Part shown: positions 13,010 through 27,902 of the stretch, in pieces
Numbering within the stretch: position 1 is the stretch's first letter
Layout of the letters: every line of letters starts with the position of its first letter
DNA from: Octopus sinensis
Lineage: Eukaryota
NCBI RefSeq assembly: GCF_006345805.1
Contig: NC_042998.1
Span: 176,080,001 to 176,144,000 of the forward strand
Length of the DNA stretch: 64,000 nt
Reading direction: 5' to 3'
Position numbers and translations under genes: made by a program
The notes under the pieces: generated by a model
Seen by the model: the letters and a program-made list of their open reading frames with translations, nothing else
Databases searched by the model: none
Told to the model about the DNA's origin: nothing

Positions 13010-13407
13010 ACATTTATATATATCTATTATATAAAATCTGTTCTGTCTGTCTGTGTGTGTGTCTTCTAGGATTTCGGGCATCCTCCATCCGATGCGCTCA
13101 AATTTGATATGTAGATACCGACGGTATCAGGACGTGTATAAGTCTTGAAAAAATTACAAAAATCGATTCCATGTGAGAATGCGATCGATAAAGCCGTAGG
13201 AACGTGCATTTGTACGCGCAAGTACATCAGCTGTTGCGATTCGTATTTTTATTTCTTCTTTTGCTGGTGTCTCAAATTTAGGTTAAATCAGTGTTTCTCA
13301 AAGGGGAGGCCTATGGGACGGTCGGACAAGTTGTTTTGAGAAAATTTGGTTTAAATGTTTGACAACTCAGCACCATCCATTGAACGGGGGGCGGGGGCCT
13401 TTGCTCG

Positions 13408-13438
<31 letters not shown>

Positions 13439-13884
13439 TATATATATACATACATATATGTATGTACACACACACACACATACACACATTTATATATATC
13501 TATTATATAAAATCTGTTCTGTCTGTCTGTGTGTGTTCTTCTAGGATTTCGGGCATCCTCCATCCGATGCGCTCAAATTTGATATGTAGATACCGACGGT
13601 ATCAGGACGTGTATAAGTCTTGAAAAAATTACAAAAATCGATTCCATGTGAGAATGCGATCGATAAAGCCGTAGGAACGTGCATTTGTACGCGCAAGTAC
13701 ATCAGCTGTTGCGATTCGTATTTTTATTTCTTCTTTTGCTGGTGTCTCAAATTTAGGTTAAATCAGTGTTTCTCAAAGGGGAGGCCTATGGGACGGTCGG
13801 ACAAGTTGTTTTGAGAAAATTTGGTTTAAATGTTTGACAACTCAGCACCATCCATTGAACGGGGGGCGGGGGCCTTTTGCTCGT
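13010..13884 (+). mobile_element. Two tandem copies (475 bp period) of a Helitron/Helentron-like non-autonomous element
   Basis: Each starts tctattatataaaatctg-(ctgt)n and has the palindrome gataccg-a-cggtatc; identical ORFs at 13145 and 13620. Confidence 0.55.
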
Positions 13885-13911
13885 ATATATATATATATAT
13901 ATATATATATA

Positions 13912-14245
13912 CGAGCGTGGCTCAGTGGTTAGAGCGTCGAGCTTACGATCGTGAGGTTGTGAGCTCGAATCCCGGACCGGGCTGCGTGTTGTGTTCTTGA
14001 GCAAGACACTTTATTTCACGTTGCTCCAGTCCACTCAGCTGTAGAAATGAGTTGCGACGTCACAGGTGCCAAGCTGTATCGGCCCTTGCCTTTCCCTTGG
14101 ACAACATCGGTGACGTGGAGAGGGGAGGCCGGTATGCATGGGCGACTGCTGGTCTTCCATAAACAACCTTGCCCAGACTTCTGCCTCAGAGGGTAACTCT
14201 CTAGGTGCAAACCCATGGTCAGTGTCTGACCGAAGGGGGTCACCA
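13912..14245 (+). mobile_element. tRNA-derived SINE (family C head) with (CAC)n tail
   Basis: gcgtggctcagtggttagagcg A-box and gagctcgaatccc B-box, then gtgttcttgagcaagacactttatttcacgttgctccag. Confidence 0.85.
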
Positions 14246-14289
14246 CCACCACCACCACCACCATATATATATATATATATGTATGTATA

Positions 14290-14310
14290 TATAGAGAGAG
14301 ATAGATTGAG

Positions 14311-14374
<64 letters not shown>

Positions 14375-14378
14375 GGAG

Positions 14379-14427
<49 letters not shown>

Positions 14428-14438
14428 TATAGATGGAG

Positions 14439-14530
<92 letters not shown>

Positions 14531-14548
14531 GGAGAGATAGATAGATAC
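14290..14548. repeat. (AGAT)n microsatellite
   Basis: Directly visible. Confidence 0.97.
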
Positions 14549-17028
14549 ACACACAGACACATTCATATATACACGCATTGATATATATCATGCGTGTGTA
14601 TACGGAAATGTCACCCTATTATCTAACCAAAACTATATTAAGTAAAATTAAGTGAGAAATACTTCTGTTGAGAAAAATCATTCGGGAGACAAAAGTCTGT
14701 GATGAGAGGCAAAAGCATTGCACGGGTCACCCATTTTACTGTTGGGTGCTATAGCACAATACAGAATAGCAGAGAAACGTTAATTTATGTGGGTGTAAGG
14801 CCAAACACTGGGAAGGGCAGGTCAGAGTTGAATGAATGAAGTCAAGTACATGATAAATTTTTATTTCATCGACTCCAACTTGACCGTAATTCAGATCACA
14901 GGATTAAATACTGAAACATATCTAGTAATATATTTGTCTCAATTACTGAATAGTAACAAAAGCTCAATAACGCACGTCGATTGCTTTAAATCGCATAATA
15001 AAATATAGATGTTTTCATAATCTTAAACTAAATTCTCAACATTCCTTGACGAATTCGCTACTCTAACGTCATGAATGAGTGCTCTACATAGTGATATGCT
15101 ATGTTTGTAAAATTGACACTTTTCAAAACTATCTGGCTTCATGAAAATTCTCTTCCTAAACTTGAGTTTGTTTATACTAGTCAAGTAACATTAAAATATT
15201 GCAGCCGTTGTTTCTATAAGTGATTATAATTATAACATGATAGTAATGATGAAAATGATGGTGTTGTTATGACGAGAAAAAAAAATCGATTGTTTCGTAC
15301 AGCAAACCTGAAATAATGATCAAAGTAATTATTAAATGAAAACAATATAAGGAAGTTGTGACCGGTGTAGGTGACTCATTGAAGGGGGATTTGGTTGAAA
15401 TGATAAGTTGGTAAATCAAAACAATCTAAATATGAGATGACCGGACGACAGGAAATGATGTTCCAACAGGTTTGACCAGGTGGATTATTAAATTCAGATT
15501 GTGTAAGAGCATGAAGTTGACACCAAGTTGATCTCTTATATAAGCATGAACTATCAAATAAGTATAAAATATTAAGGGAAAGTGGAAATGTTTTATGACT
15601 TTATCGACAACAACTACTTTATATGTATTTTAGGAAACACTTAACCATTAACATGATCTGAAACACATAGAATTTGATAATCAACAATTCTCATAAATTT
15701 TGAGATATCAGGAAATTTTGTTTATGTGCTAATTAATGGCTAGAATGGCTCTTCCCTGGAACAGTTGTTTCGGTTTTCAAATCACTGCTAAATAAGTACA
15801 TCTTCAAAACTTGTCTTGTTTATCTATCTTAATCCGTTATTGTTTGGCACTTTACTTTTCATTCATATTTAATAAACGTTCTATCACAATAGTTAATCTC
15901 TTCCCACCAACCAATCCTCACCTATCCACTTAACGATTCTGACTTCGCTTCGTCTCGCCTTTATAACTTGGTGAAAACTAATCTGCTATTTGGAATTATT
16001 AAATAAGTCTATAAGCCCAACTAAAAACTTATAGTGGGAAATCATATAATACCTTAAGTGGTTTCTACAATTACAATGAACGTAACCCATCTCGAAGCCA
16101 TGGCGAGACGGACCATAAACGTCTACAACGTGTTGAATGAGGTTTTGTGTCCTGTAAGAGAAGCTCTTCAGTTACGGTTCCGCTATAAGACACACGGCTC
16201 ATTTTCCGTGAGCAATCTTATTACATCGCCTTGTTTAGCATCATCATTTGGTGCCTGAATGACTTCAGATAACACGGTCTCTTAATACAGCACTTTTAAC
16301 TGCCTTTTTTTCTTAATAGAGTGCCTCACATCACGCACCAATAAATTAGCCAAAATGATATTTCTCTATCTTTATTTCTGCAGACGTCTACCTGCACAGG
16401 TTAAAGCTGAATATAAATTTCATCGATCTCAGCAGATTGAGAAAATCTGAAACGGTCAAGGACATTACCCTTCACCTCTGTTCACCAATAACAACTATAA
16501 TAAGAAATAGTTTTTTTTTCCATCTGTGGCTTGCGAAAATTTTCCCACCACACCATAGACTTCCAGCATACTGACATAACTATTTTTAGCTGCAGAAGCA
16601 TCAATTTCTAATTGTGTCTTTTACTCGATGTTTTCTGATGTCAGATAAACATCTTAGTTTTCTGTGCTGACATCTTTTTGTTTTCATGCACAAGTTAATT
16701 TCAGCTTTCAAACATGTACAACTGTTATAATATCTCTATAAATTACTTTCAAAAACTATATCTACAACAATCAACAAAACAATATTTATGAGTAGTGAAC
16801 TCTTACATCAACGAGGTAGATTCCCTCTATCCAAGCTATATCTACAGAAAGAATTGGTCTCAGTATATTTCAAGTTAAAGAAACACTTATCGCTTTTATA
16901 GACTCTCACTGATAGGTACAGTGAGCTGTTTCTACCTTGTATCTATTTTCGGTAATGTGAACTTAGGTGAGATTAAAGTATTTTGGTCACGATCATAGCT
17001 AGAACCGTCACTCACTATATATATATAT

Positions 17029-19790
17029 GTGAAACTCAAATTGTACACATAAGACAACTGAATATCGTCATATGCACTACATATCGCCCACCAGACGCCC
17101 CAAAACACTCAGGCATGTTTGAAGACTGCCTAACAAAAGTAGGAGAAGTCCTCACCAACCTTGAACAGCACAACAGTGTATTCTTCATGGGTGACTTTAA
17201 CCTCCCCAATGTGGAATGGCCTGGGGAGCAGATGCTCCCAGGGATGACACACCATCAGCAGGCACAGGTGGAGTCCCTGCTCCATCTCACAAATACCTCT
17301 TTCATGGAGCAAATAGTTCTGCAACCAACAAGGGCAGATAATATACTGGATCTCTGCTTCACAAACAATATGGTATATCCATAATGTTAATGTGATGCCG
17401 ACAATGATCTCGGATCACAACATAATAGAGCTGTCTATGTATGGAACAAAAGCCCCAGCAGACACACAGCCTATACGAAGCACCTACCATCTCTCCAACT
17501 TAAACTTTCATAAAGCCAACTGGAAGTCGATTGAGAAAGAGATCCTCAAACAGGATTGGCCTGAATGTCTCTCCACACCGGACATAAACATGAAACACAA
17601 AACTTCATGTCCATAATACAAGCCATATGTGACAAATATGTCCCAATGTGCAGGGCCAGCACACACAAGAACAAAAACAGGATCCCTAGAGAAAGGAGGA
17701 TTCTTATGAGACGACGGACAAGGATTGCAAACCGCCTGAGCAAGCACACCAAAAGTGGTGAGAAGTCTCGGCTCGAAAGAATGCTAATGGAAACTGAGAA
17801 AAGTCTACATCAGTCCCATGAAAAGGAGAGAGCAGATAAAGAAGCTTGGGTAATAGAAAATATAAAATCAAACCCTAAAGCTTTCTTTAAGTTGCCAAAG
17901 AGACAGCCACAGTGCACCAGAGAATAGGACCTCTCTTCCAAAAAGATGGCTCTCTCACAGGAATCCCACGAGAATAAGTGAAATACTGAACGAACAATTC
18001 CAAGTGTTTTCACTACACCTCTAGGACACAGGCAAGTAAACAACCCAAGAATTCTTTGCCACTTTACCAGCGGCCAAAGAGACAAAAATGAGTACATCAA
18101 CATCGAAGAGATGATATCACTAGCCATTGATGAGATTGACACAAACTCAGCTGCTGCACCTGATGGATTCCCAGCGATCCTTCTCAAATCGTGCAAACGA
18201 GCCCTTGCAAAAACCGCTACAGCTTCTTTTTCAGAGCTTTCTTGCAAGTGGTAAGCTCCCAGTCAAACTGAAAGAGGGGGTAATATGCCCCCTATCCATA
18301 AGGGAGGTAGCAGAGCAGATGCTAAAAATTATAGGCCTATCTCTCTGACCTCACACATCAGCAAAGTCATGGAACGAATAGTCCGTAAGAAACTAATCAT
18401 GTTCCTTGAAGAAAATGACTTACTGTCTGACACCCAGCATGGATTTCGACCAGGTAGAGGCTGCCTAACACAGCTCCTGCAACACTATGACTGGTGTTGA
18501 AACAGCTACTAAATGGCTCAAATGTGGATGTAATATATCTTGACTTTGCAAAAGCCTTTGATAAGTCGACCATGGTATGATCTGTCACAAACTGTGTGGT
18601 CTCGGCATAGGCGGGGAAACTTGGAGAGTGGCTGCAACAACTTCCTAAAAGACAGAAAACAGGCACTTGTGAGCAATGGAGCCACCTCCAGGGAAACGCA
18701 AATAACAAGCGGTGTCCCACAGGGCACTGTCTTGGGGCCACTGATGTTCATAGTGGCCCTTTCAGACATGCCTTCAATTGCTACGATGACCACCCTTGCT
18801 AGCTATGCAGATGACACAAAAGTCTCCCACGCAATACAAAACCCTGAAAATATTGCGCATCTGCAACATGAGCTGGACACATATACAGGTGGGCTGAGGA
18901 CAACAACATGCAGTTTAATGCAGGTAAGTTCCAGGCCTGCGCTACTGGCACACAAAGGTAAATGACGTGAAGACTGGATACACTGGCCCAGGAAGAATTG
19001 CAATCCCTGAGTCAAAATCAGTGCGTGACCTGGGCATTGACATGAGCAATGATGCATCTTTCCAAATGCATATTGCTAATTGGTGATAAAATGCAGACGG
19101 CTAGCTGGATGGATTCTCCGAACTTTCAGAACAAGAGAGAAGGAGACACTGATGGTCCTATGAAAAATTTGTCCTCAGCCGCTGGGACTACTGCTCCCAA
19201 CTTTGGTCACCACACAATATAAAACAACAGCAGAACTCGAAGCAACTCAGAGAAGCTACACAAAGAAAATCGTCTCAATGCAAAATGTCAGCTACTGGGA
19301 AAGACTGAAGGTATTAAACCTCTTCTCCCTGGAGCGGAGGCGGGAGAGATATGCAGTGATATACATCTGGAAAATCCTGGAGGGTCTGTCCCAAACTTTG
19401 GCATTGAAAGTTACTCCAACCGCAGAACGGGGCGCCGCTGCGTGGTGCCAAGGATTCCCACATCACCATCAAAATACAGGTCCAGATACTGCAACAGCTT
19501 GGGTTTCAGAGGACCACAGCTCTTTAACATCCTCCCTAAATGCCTGAGAGACTTACATGGTGTGGATGTGGGTTTCTTTAAACTAAACTAGATCTCTTCT
19601 TGTTGGGAGTCCCAGATGAACCTACCTCACGACAGGAGACACAGATGCGGGCAGCAGCATCGAACTCCCTTGTTGATCAAGTGCCACGTATCAGAGGTGG
19701 ATTCACAAACTAGTGTAGCTCATTCAGCGGTGGTGCCCCAGCATGGCCGCGGCCTTCGGGCTAAAACATTTTGGATTTAAGGATTAAGGA
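17029..19790 (+). mobile_element. 5'-truncated, frameshifted CR1-type LINE (APE plus RT ORF2, 3' UTR, ttaagga tail) inside a (TA)n tract
   Basis: ORF pieces: YRPPD, MGDFNLP, NILDLCFTN, SDH (APE); NYRPISLTS, QHGFRPGR, GVPQGTVLGP, YADDTK (RT); SYWERLKVLNLFSLERRRER (CR1-type C-terminus); multiple frameshifts and stops. Confidence 0.93.
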
Positions 19791-19824
19791 TATATATATA
19801 TATATATATTATATCTATATATAG

Positions 19825-19875
<51 letters not shown>

Positions 19876-19930
19876 ATATGATATATATATATATCATATA
19901 TAGTATATATATATATCATATACAATACTA

Positions 19931-20008
<78 letters not shown>

Positions 20009-20009
20009 C

Positions 20010-20047
<38 letters not shown>

Positions 20048-21584
20048 TAACAATGGTAGATGTAGCATTTGAAGAACGTTGAGTACTGTTGGAAAACATT
20101 TATTCGACTACACACACAAGTTTGGTCCTCATGCCTTCTCTTGGACGTTTTGTAAGGCAAGTAGTTTCAACTAATTGTGTTACAGATTTGAGCTGAAATT
20201 ATTGTTCTCCTCAACAGTTCGCAGCAATATTTTTTTGAAAAATAATATTGTAGTCTGAATTGTGAAGTGGCAGAAACAGAAGGGTGTCTAATTTAATAGA
20301 ATGCAAGAAGCATGGCATATACAAATCCAAAGAAGCTATCTTTCACAATGCTAAAATTATACTGGAATCAAGTCTTTCGCCAAATCATTTTTCATTTTAT
20401 ATTAGCTTTATATCGTTGTTTGCATACATTCACATCTCTGTGATCCGGACATCACTTCCTCATCCTAAATTCTACGCTGAACCTTCAGTTTTCCTATTTC
20501 GTTTGTTCATTTCCTTTAAGTATTGATTTCTGCCACTTTTTTTTTCAATGAAATATTTTGATTGTATGAAAAAGTAATGGCAGTTATTTTGTAACAGACT
20601 CATCTGTTTATATAATTCTTTTAAACAAAGAGAATTTTCAAGGAACTGCAAATAAATATACGAGCACTTTTGCGATAAGGCTAATATAAACGTTGTATTT
20701 CCGTCTACACTTGTTATAACTACACCAGTTTAATACCAGTCACTATTGTAGATAGATCTGCACGTTCTGTTGGCTGACAACAAATCGGATTACTTCTGTC
20801 ATGTCGTCAGTTTTCAGGATTAGTTTAAGATGAAATCATTAAAGATTTAGACACATCAATCGTTTTATTATCATTTCTATTATTCGTTATCTTCTGAACA
20901 GCCCTGTTCTTTCTTTCTCATACACGCATATATCAAGAAGCGCAGATACAAATACCCTCAAACGTACACACCTATACATCGTTATATCTTCATTTCTCAC
21001 TCCTTTCACTCGATTTAATCTGCCATGAGAAACATTTAAAGATGAAAACTATTGCTAGTTGCAAAAAAAGAAAAAATTAACTGTTCCAGACAAAACAATA
21101 CTATAATAAAAGTGAAATGCAAGAGACAAAAAAAAAATGAAAAAACAATCTAAATATTTTAATCCAATGAATATATTCAACCGGAAACAACTTTCAATGA
21201 ATGCTCAATTTAAAATGGCGGCATTTGGAGAGATGCTGACTTTATGGAAGAATACTTCTGAAATTGAGAGTAGTTTTACTTTTGAACAAAAAGAATAAGA
21301 AAATAGTTTGTGGAAGAATTGGTTATAATTAGCTACAAAATAATAAGTAGGAATGACTCACAGATTTATATAATTATCATGGTATTGATTTACAGGAATT
21401 TTAACCTGGAAAATATAACAACCTACAGTTAAGGATTTTCTATAAGCAAGGAAAAAAGTGAATTGGTGTTACTTTAGGAGGTATAGGCAAAAAAACAAAA
21501 GCAAAAAGGCATCTATCCATTTATTTACCATCCATCCATCCATCCGTCCGTCCGTCCATCCGTCTGTCCGTCCGTCCGCTTGTC

Positions 21585-21845
<261 letters not shown>

Positions 21846-24800
21846 TCTGTCTGCCTGTTTGTGTCTCTGAATCTCTGACTGCTGTTGACTGACGACTTCG
21901 TTTGTTTATCTGAAATATAACTGTTAGTCAATCCGTTTGTCTGTTTGTATAATTGTTGGTGTGTAATCAGTTAGCATTTCAACTCATTTTTCTACTTACA
22001 CATTTATTTAACCCTATGTATTTGGTCGAACATTTCTAAGCGCGCGCACACGCACGTGTGTGTGTGTGTGTGTTTGTGTTTGTGCGTGTGTGCATGTGAT
22101 TCTGTGTTTCTGTCAGCTTGCTTGGCAGTACGTTTGTATGTACACATGCATGTTATAGTTTGAATCTTTGATATTTCCATGTATACTAATATTTCATAAA
22201 TTACAGATAACGATCTCTATAGCATTGTTCGTATCATAGAAGTATCCCACATCAGATCAGCCATCACACTCTGTGATAGTTGGCAGCTATTCCTATCTGA
22301 ATGCTAAATGATAATATTTTACACTCTTTGTTAACGTTTTTATTTTCATAAATATTTTAGCAGACTCGATTGCAATGGAGAAGCAGATACATTGTACCAA
22401 CTCTTTCATCACATATTTCGTACATCTGTGTTCAAATTTTGTCATGATCAGCTCTTTCTTTTAAGTTCTCCTGAAGGTTAATAAAATGAATTAGAAGTAT
22501 CTCCTGCGGTAATATTAGTTGACTGAATTCTTCGTCTATAATTTGCGGCCTTGTGCTAATATGAAATGTCAATATTTTGGCTACCTTCACCATGTTGGCA
22601 GAAACTGGAAGAAAGCCAGATTAACTGCCTCAAAATGTATTTAGTTTCATCTTGTTGTGCAAAGTAATATAATGGGGCTAATTTAATAGATTAAATCTCC
22701 TCCTCAACAAAATTTGGCTTTATGCCTGGAAAAAAGAGATCGATAGTTGAGCAACATTTGGTGGCGACCTCTGTATGGCAATGATAAGCTTCCGGTGAAC
22801 TGAATCCGCGATTTGGCTTCGATTTCAAGTTGAAACAAATTCTCTTTACTTGCACCGCTCTTAATCTGTCTAAGCACATTAGCAGTAAAAGTAGAAAGAA
22901 TGAACCATCTTATTTCCGCCTACTAAAATTTTCTAGCCTTATTCCTGAGTCAGTAATCAGTATTTTAAGCATTCGCGTCGGAGAACCATGTAAAGCTAGA
23001 GATAAGTTCTTAGGATAACGACAATGCGGTACAGTTTCATCGTTCATTTGAAGCTTTCATTTCACTTTACTTTCATCAGCGCTGCCTTTGAAAAAATATG
23101 AACATCACAACTTCACATTTACTTGTCCCAGAATATGTATTGTTTATAATTAGTCCACGACAATGCTATTGACCACATTTCTGAATTTATTTGAAGCTTC
23201 ATTGGATAAAATGTTGTATACAGATTAGTAAATTTAAAGGTAAAACTAAGATCATAAATTTTAATATTCTTATTTTTGCATTTTAATAATTTTCTTCTGA
23301 TTTCTAATATTTTCAAACAGTAATAAATCTTTAGACGAGAAATATAGTCCGTTTGAATCAACCCTAGTGATTTACACATGTTTATTTTATACAAACATAA
23401 AAGGCAAAGTCATCCCTGCTAGGATCTTCTTAAAGAATAGGCATACTGGAAAGTTGCCCAGGCACCTCATAGTTTTAGGAGCAAAATTCTGATCTATGTA
23501 TTCTGCGGATTCCTGTCAATAAACAAATACTATAGAGCCCAGTGCATTCATTTATTCCGGGGCCTTTAATGTTACTAAGACGGCCCTGCTCCCCAGTAAG
23601 ATTTTAATCCACACTCTAAAGAGTTATATGCAATACATTTAATCTGGCATCCTATAGTATCTGCCAAAACATCTTCGCTGCTAAAACACTGTTAATATAC
23701 AACAAAACCTTATGTTTGTATCCTGATTTGTTGGGGTGGGGAGATTAGTACAGCTATCTCACTTTTCTTTTTCGTCGGAGATCTTATTTGTAAGATAATT
23801 CAAAACAAGTAAGTGAGAATCTACGAATATTATGTCTTTCATAAAGGGGATATTTAAGCCAATATAAACGCGAATCAAAACTAATTACAACATCGGTGAT
23901 TTGTTAGGAATAAACTATTAATAGAAGGAAAATATGTCGTATATTTATTCTTCTGAGAAAGCTTTGCCTAATACAGATCTCAATATTTTAAGTATCCAAG
24001 CCTCTGTTACTAATTTTGTAAATTTCCATGAATAGAAATGAAGAAATTTCCAGAGAAAAAAAATAATGCAGAAATGCTATATTGTGAAATTATGAAAATT
24101 CCTATTTTAGCCAAGTTATGCGAAGAAATCGGATATGCAACTTTAATAAAAGGTTCCTCACAGTTTTAGAATTCCGATAAAATTCTAAAATTTGAATCCA
24201 CGTTGAGTTTATTGGAACTAATTACCACTTTGCAAAGAAATTAATTAATAGTCAATTGTAGAAGTCATTAAATCAGCAAGCTTTTAAAGCCATCTTTCTC
24301 ATGGAGTGTTTAAGGTCAACGACAGCTATTCGCCATTTCTCGTCAGTAGTCGGATGTGAGCAGTAATTACGAGCTGTCGAAGTCGGAAACGAACTCTATC
24401 CAATATTCTGGATTAAAGCCCAAATCTCTGTTGCTTAATTTTATATATTTGTATAGATCCAGTTTGATTAATTATGACTTCACACAGATGCTTGTATAAC
24501 CTGGCTTGCATTTCGATGAGTTATTTTATCAATCTGTCATTATAGCCAACTTATCCTCGGAGATCTCACTGTTGACTTGTTGCTGTAACTATTGCAAGAT
24601 TAATTTATAATATAACAGCTACACACATATTCTATCCTTGTCTCAATGTAAAGTCATTCTCTGGTATTGATTGTGTCGAAAATATTACACAAGACAGTGA
24701 GTTTGTCGGTAGTTGGGCCAGGATTTAAAGAGCAAATGTGAAAACCCTCCTCTAATAGATCAGAAACTTCAGAGGAGTAGTGACATGGTTAAGCACAAAC

Positions 24801-24913
24801 TGAACATGTCTATCTCATTTACACATACATACACTCACATGCAGACAGACACACACACACACAACACACACACACACATGCACACACACGCACACACGCA
24901 CACACACACGCAC

Positions 24914-24947
<34 letters not shown>

Positions 24948-25097
24948 CACACACACACACACACACACACTCATTGAGAATATTGTCAAAGCATTAACGA
25001 CAACATATTCTGATAAGAGATGATTAGCAGAAACGAGGGACTCATAAGATTACTGCGATCCACAAATATCCGTAATGGCCTTATATATTTGATTTAG

Positions 25098-25130
25098 AAG
25101 ACTTGAATTATCTATCCTATTTTTCTTCAG
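25098..25130 (+). CDS. Candidate 33-nt symmetric micro-exon (EDLNYLSYFSSG)
   Basis: atttgatttag acceptor, TCAG|gtatct donor, open phase 1-1 frame; the same cag could instead be an acceptor. Confidence 0.12.
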
Positions 25131-26515
25131 GTATCTTCGAGAAAATATTGGAGTGAATGGATCGCTAATTTAATTTATTTGTTACGAAATGCTTTTGTAA
25201 CAAAACTTTAACGCTTTCCAGGCACAATTTGTCTTTACTATTCTTTTCTAATTTTAGCTATTTTACAATCCACGCTTTCATTGAGTTGCTGTTATCCGAG
25301 AGCATTTTAACAGACATCACTTAATATTAACATTGCGTAACTGAGTTTTTTTGTATGTTTGTAACGTCTTTTTATTTCATCTATTCATTCATTCATTCTT
25401 CCTTATTCCTTATTCATTTGTTTTCCACTATATTCATTGTAGTTGTTCTAGTTTCGGTTCTTTTACAACAAGCCTTAAGCAGAAAAGAAGGAATTTCAGA
25501 ATGTGAAAACAATTATCGTCAGGCATCAAAACCAAAAATTATCTGTAAAGAATGCTTTAATTAATAAAAGGATTGCTTTAAATGGAACTTTCTAATTAAA
25601 TCTATTTGTACATTTTTCAACAACTCAATTCAGTTCTGAATTTTTCACGTTGTATGCTACAATATATTTTATATGCAGAATCATGTCTGCTAATCGAAAA
25701 AGTAATTAACGCATCATTTCTAACGAACCTATTGAGAGTATGCATGCATGTGTGTGTGTGTGTGTCCGTGTGTGCCTCTGTGTGTATGTGTGTATGTGTG
25801 TCTGAGTGTGCGTGCTTGTGCGTTTCTTTTCTCGTAATAAATCAGTTAGCAATGCTTCTCTCAGCTTTGATGTAACAATTATACGTTTATCAAGCAAATA
25901 AATAAGTAAATAAATAAAATTCTTTTTGTAACTAAATGCAAGACCCCAATATATTTAAGTGAGGATTATGTACTTACATAAGAAATTAGTAATATAATTG
26001 AAGATCCAAAAGAAAGCGAAATCATGTCAACATCACAGGAAAGTGTCATGCTTTTCTCTGATTCAATGACACTGATTTGTCTCTTAAAACATTGGCTTCT
26101 TTATAATAAATCTTACACATTTTTTAGAGAAGAAAGTTGTAATTTTAATATCTTCCCATGGACATTAGTAAAATAACTATAGGGAAACTGCAGCGATCGG
26201 TCATGGAAACTAACTGGTATATTTCATTAATATAAATATATATCAAAACACGGCTTTTCAGACAAGGTAGAACTTGTAGTATTTGGGGGAAAATTGTCTA
26301 AAGTTTGTGAAGGTAAATTGAATTTGCTATAATTTAGTATCATGCATTTTCAGTTCCCGGCTCACTCATCTCGAAATTAATTTCTGTTAAATTAGGGTGA
26401 AAGGGACTATGTGTTAGGAGAGGCATAAATATGATCGCATGCAATTTATGCTCTTAAAATGGTAAATTGAAGTAAAATCAAGATTGAAACCGTAACGTAG
26501 TCTTAGTTTGCATTA

Positions 26516-26735
26516 CTCTTTTACTCTTTTACTTGTTTCAGTCATTTGACTGCGGCCATGCTGGAGCACCGCTTTTAATCGAGCAACTCGATCTCGGGAC
26601 TTATTCTTTTGTAAGTCCAGTACTTATTCTATCGGTCTCTTTTGCCGAACCGCTAAGTAACGGGGACATAAACACACCAGCATCGGTGTCAAGCAATGCT
26701 AGGGGGACAAACACAGACACACAAACACATACACG
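26516..26735 (-). mobile_element. SINE family B, 3' half (interrupted)
   Basis: cttgtttcagtcatttgactgcggccatgctggagcaccgc...; collinear with the intact copy at 45537-45947. Confidence 0.85.
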
Positions 26736-26746
26736 CATATATATAT

Positions 26747-26825
<79 letters not shown>

Positions 26826-26911
26826 GTAGGTCCCGGGTTGATCCGGGGTTAACCACAGTAAGTAAGGTACTCAATACATAGCAGAGTAAAATTAATTTAT
26901 TATATAGAAGG

Positions 26912-26962
26912 AGCTTCTACAGGACTAGTACTGTTTCATTCAAGAGAAATCTTCAGGAAGCT
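26912..26962 (-). ncRNA. Type I hammerhead ribozyme (family D)
   Basis: Reverse complement of the 27852-27902 motif. Confidence 0.7.
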
Positions 26963-27120
26963 ATTTAACAAGAATTGTATTAGCATTTATACATTTAGGC
27001 AGGTTTAAAGGAGTGGTGGTGGGGGACTTTTTGGGGGTAGGCATAGTGCAAAATATCATACTTGGGGGAGTGGTCAAGGAGTCAGTGGTAAGTTAGGTGA
27101 AAGAATAGATAAATAAAAAG

Positions 27121-27152
<32 letters not shown>

Positions 27153-27292
27153 AAATAAAAAATAAAAAATAAAAAATAAAAAAATAAAAAAATAAAAAAA
27201 TAAAATGTGTGCACATACATACATAAACACATATACATACACACACACATACGTACACATGTGTGCCTATACATACCTACACGTACACACAT

Positions 27293-27350
<58 letters not shown>

Positions 27351-27465
27351 TATATATACACAATCCAATACAGGCCCATTCCCTAATTTTAATTTTATTA
27401 TCTTCATTTATTACTAATAAATGAAGATAATAAAATTAAAATTAGGGAATGGGCCTGTATTGGAT

Positions 27466-27514
<49 letters not shown>

Positions 27515-27851
27515 TATATATATGTATGTGTATGTGTGTACGTGTAGGTATGTATAGGCACACATGTGTACGTATGTGTGTGTGTATGTATATGTGTTTA
27601 TGTATGTATGTGCACACATTTTATTTTTTATTTTTTATTTTTTATTTTTTATTTTTTATTTTTTATTTTTTATTTTTTATTTTTTATTTTTTATTTTTTA
27701 TCTTTTTATTTATCTATTCTTTCACCTAACTTACCACTGACTCCTTGACCACTCCCCCAAGTATGATATTTTGCACTATGCCTACCCCCAAAAAGTCCCC
27801 CACCACCACTCCTTTAAACCTGCATAAATGCTAATACAATTCTTGTTAAAT

Positions 27852-27902
27852 AGCTTCCTGAAGATTTCTCTTGAATGAAACAGTACTAGTCCTGTAGAAG
27901 CT
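27852..27902 (+). ncRNA. Type I hammerhead ribozyme (family D)
   Basis: agcttc-CUGAAGA-t-ttc(tctt)gaa-t-GAAA-cag(tactagtc)ctg-UA-gaagct; 6-bp helix I; actagt palindrome in loop III. Confidence 0.7.

Noticed and set aside
24240-24660. GC-richer unique stretch with short - strand frames
   Set aside because: All frames are interrupted and no motif was recognised
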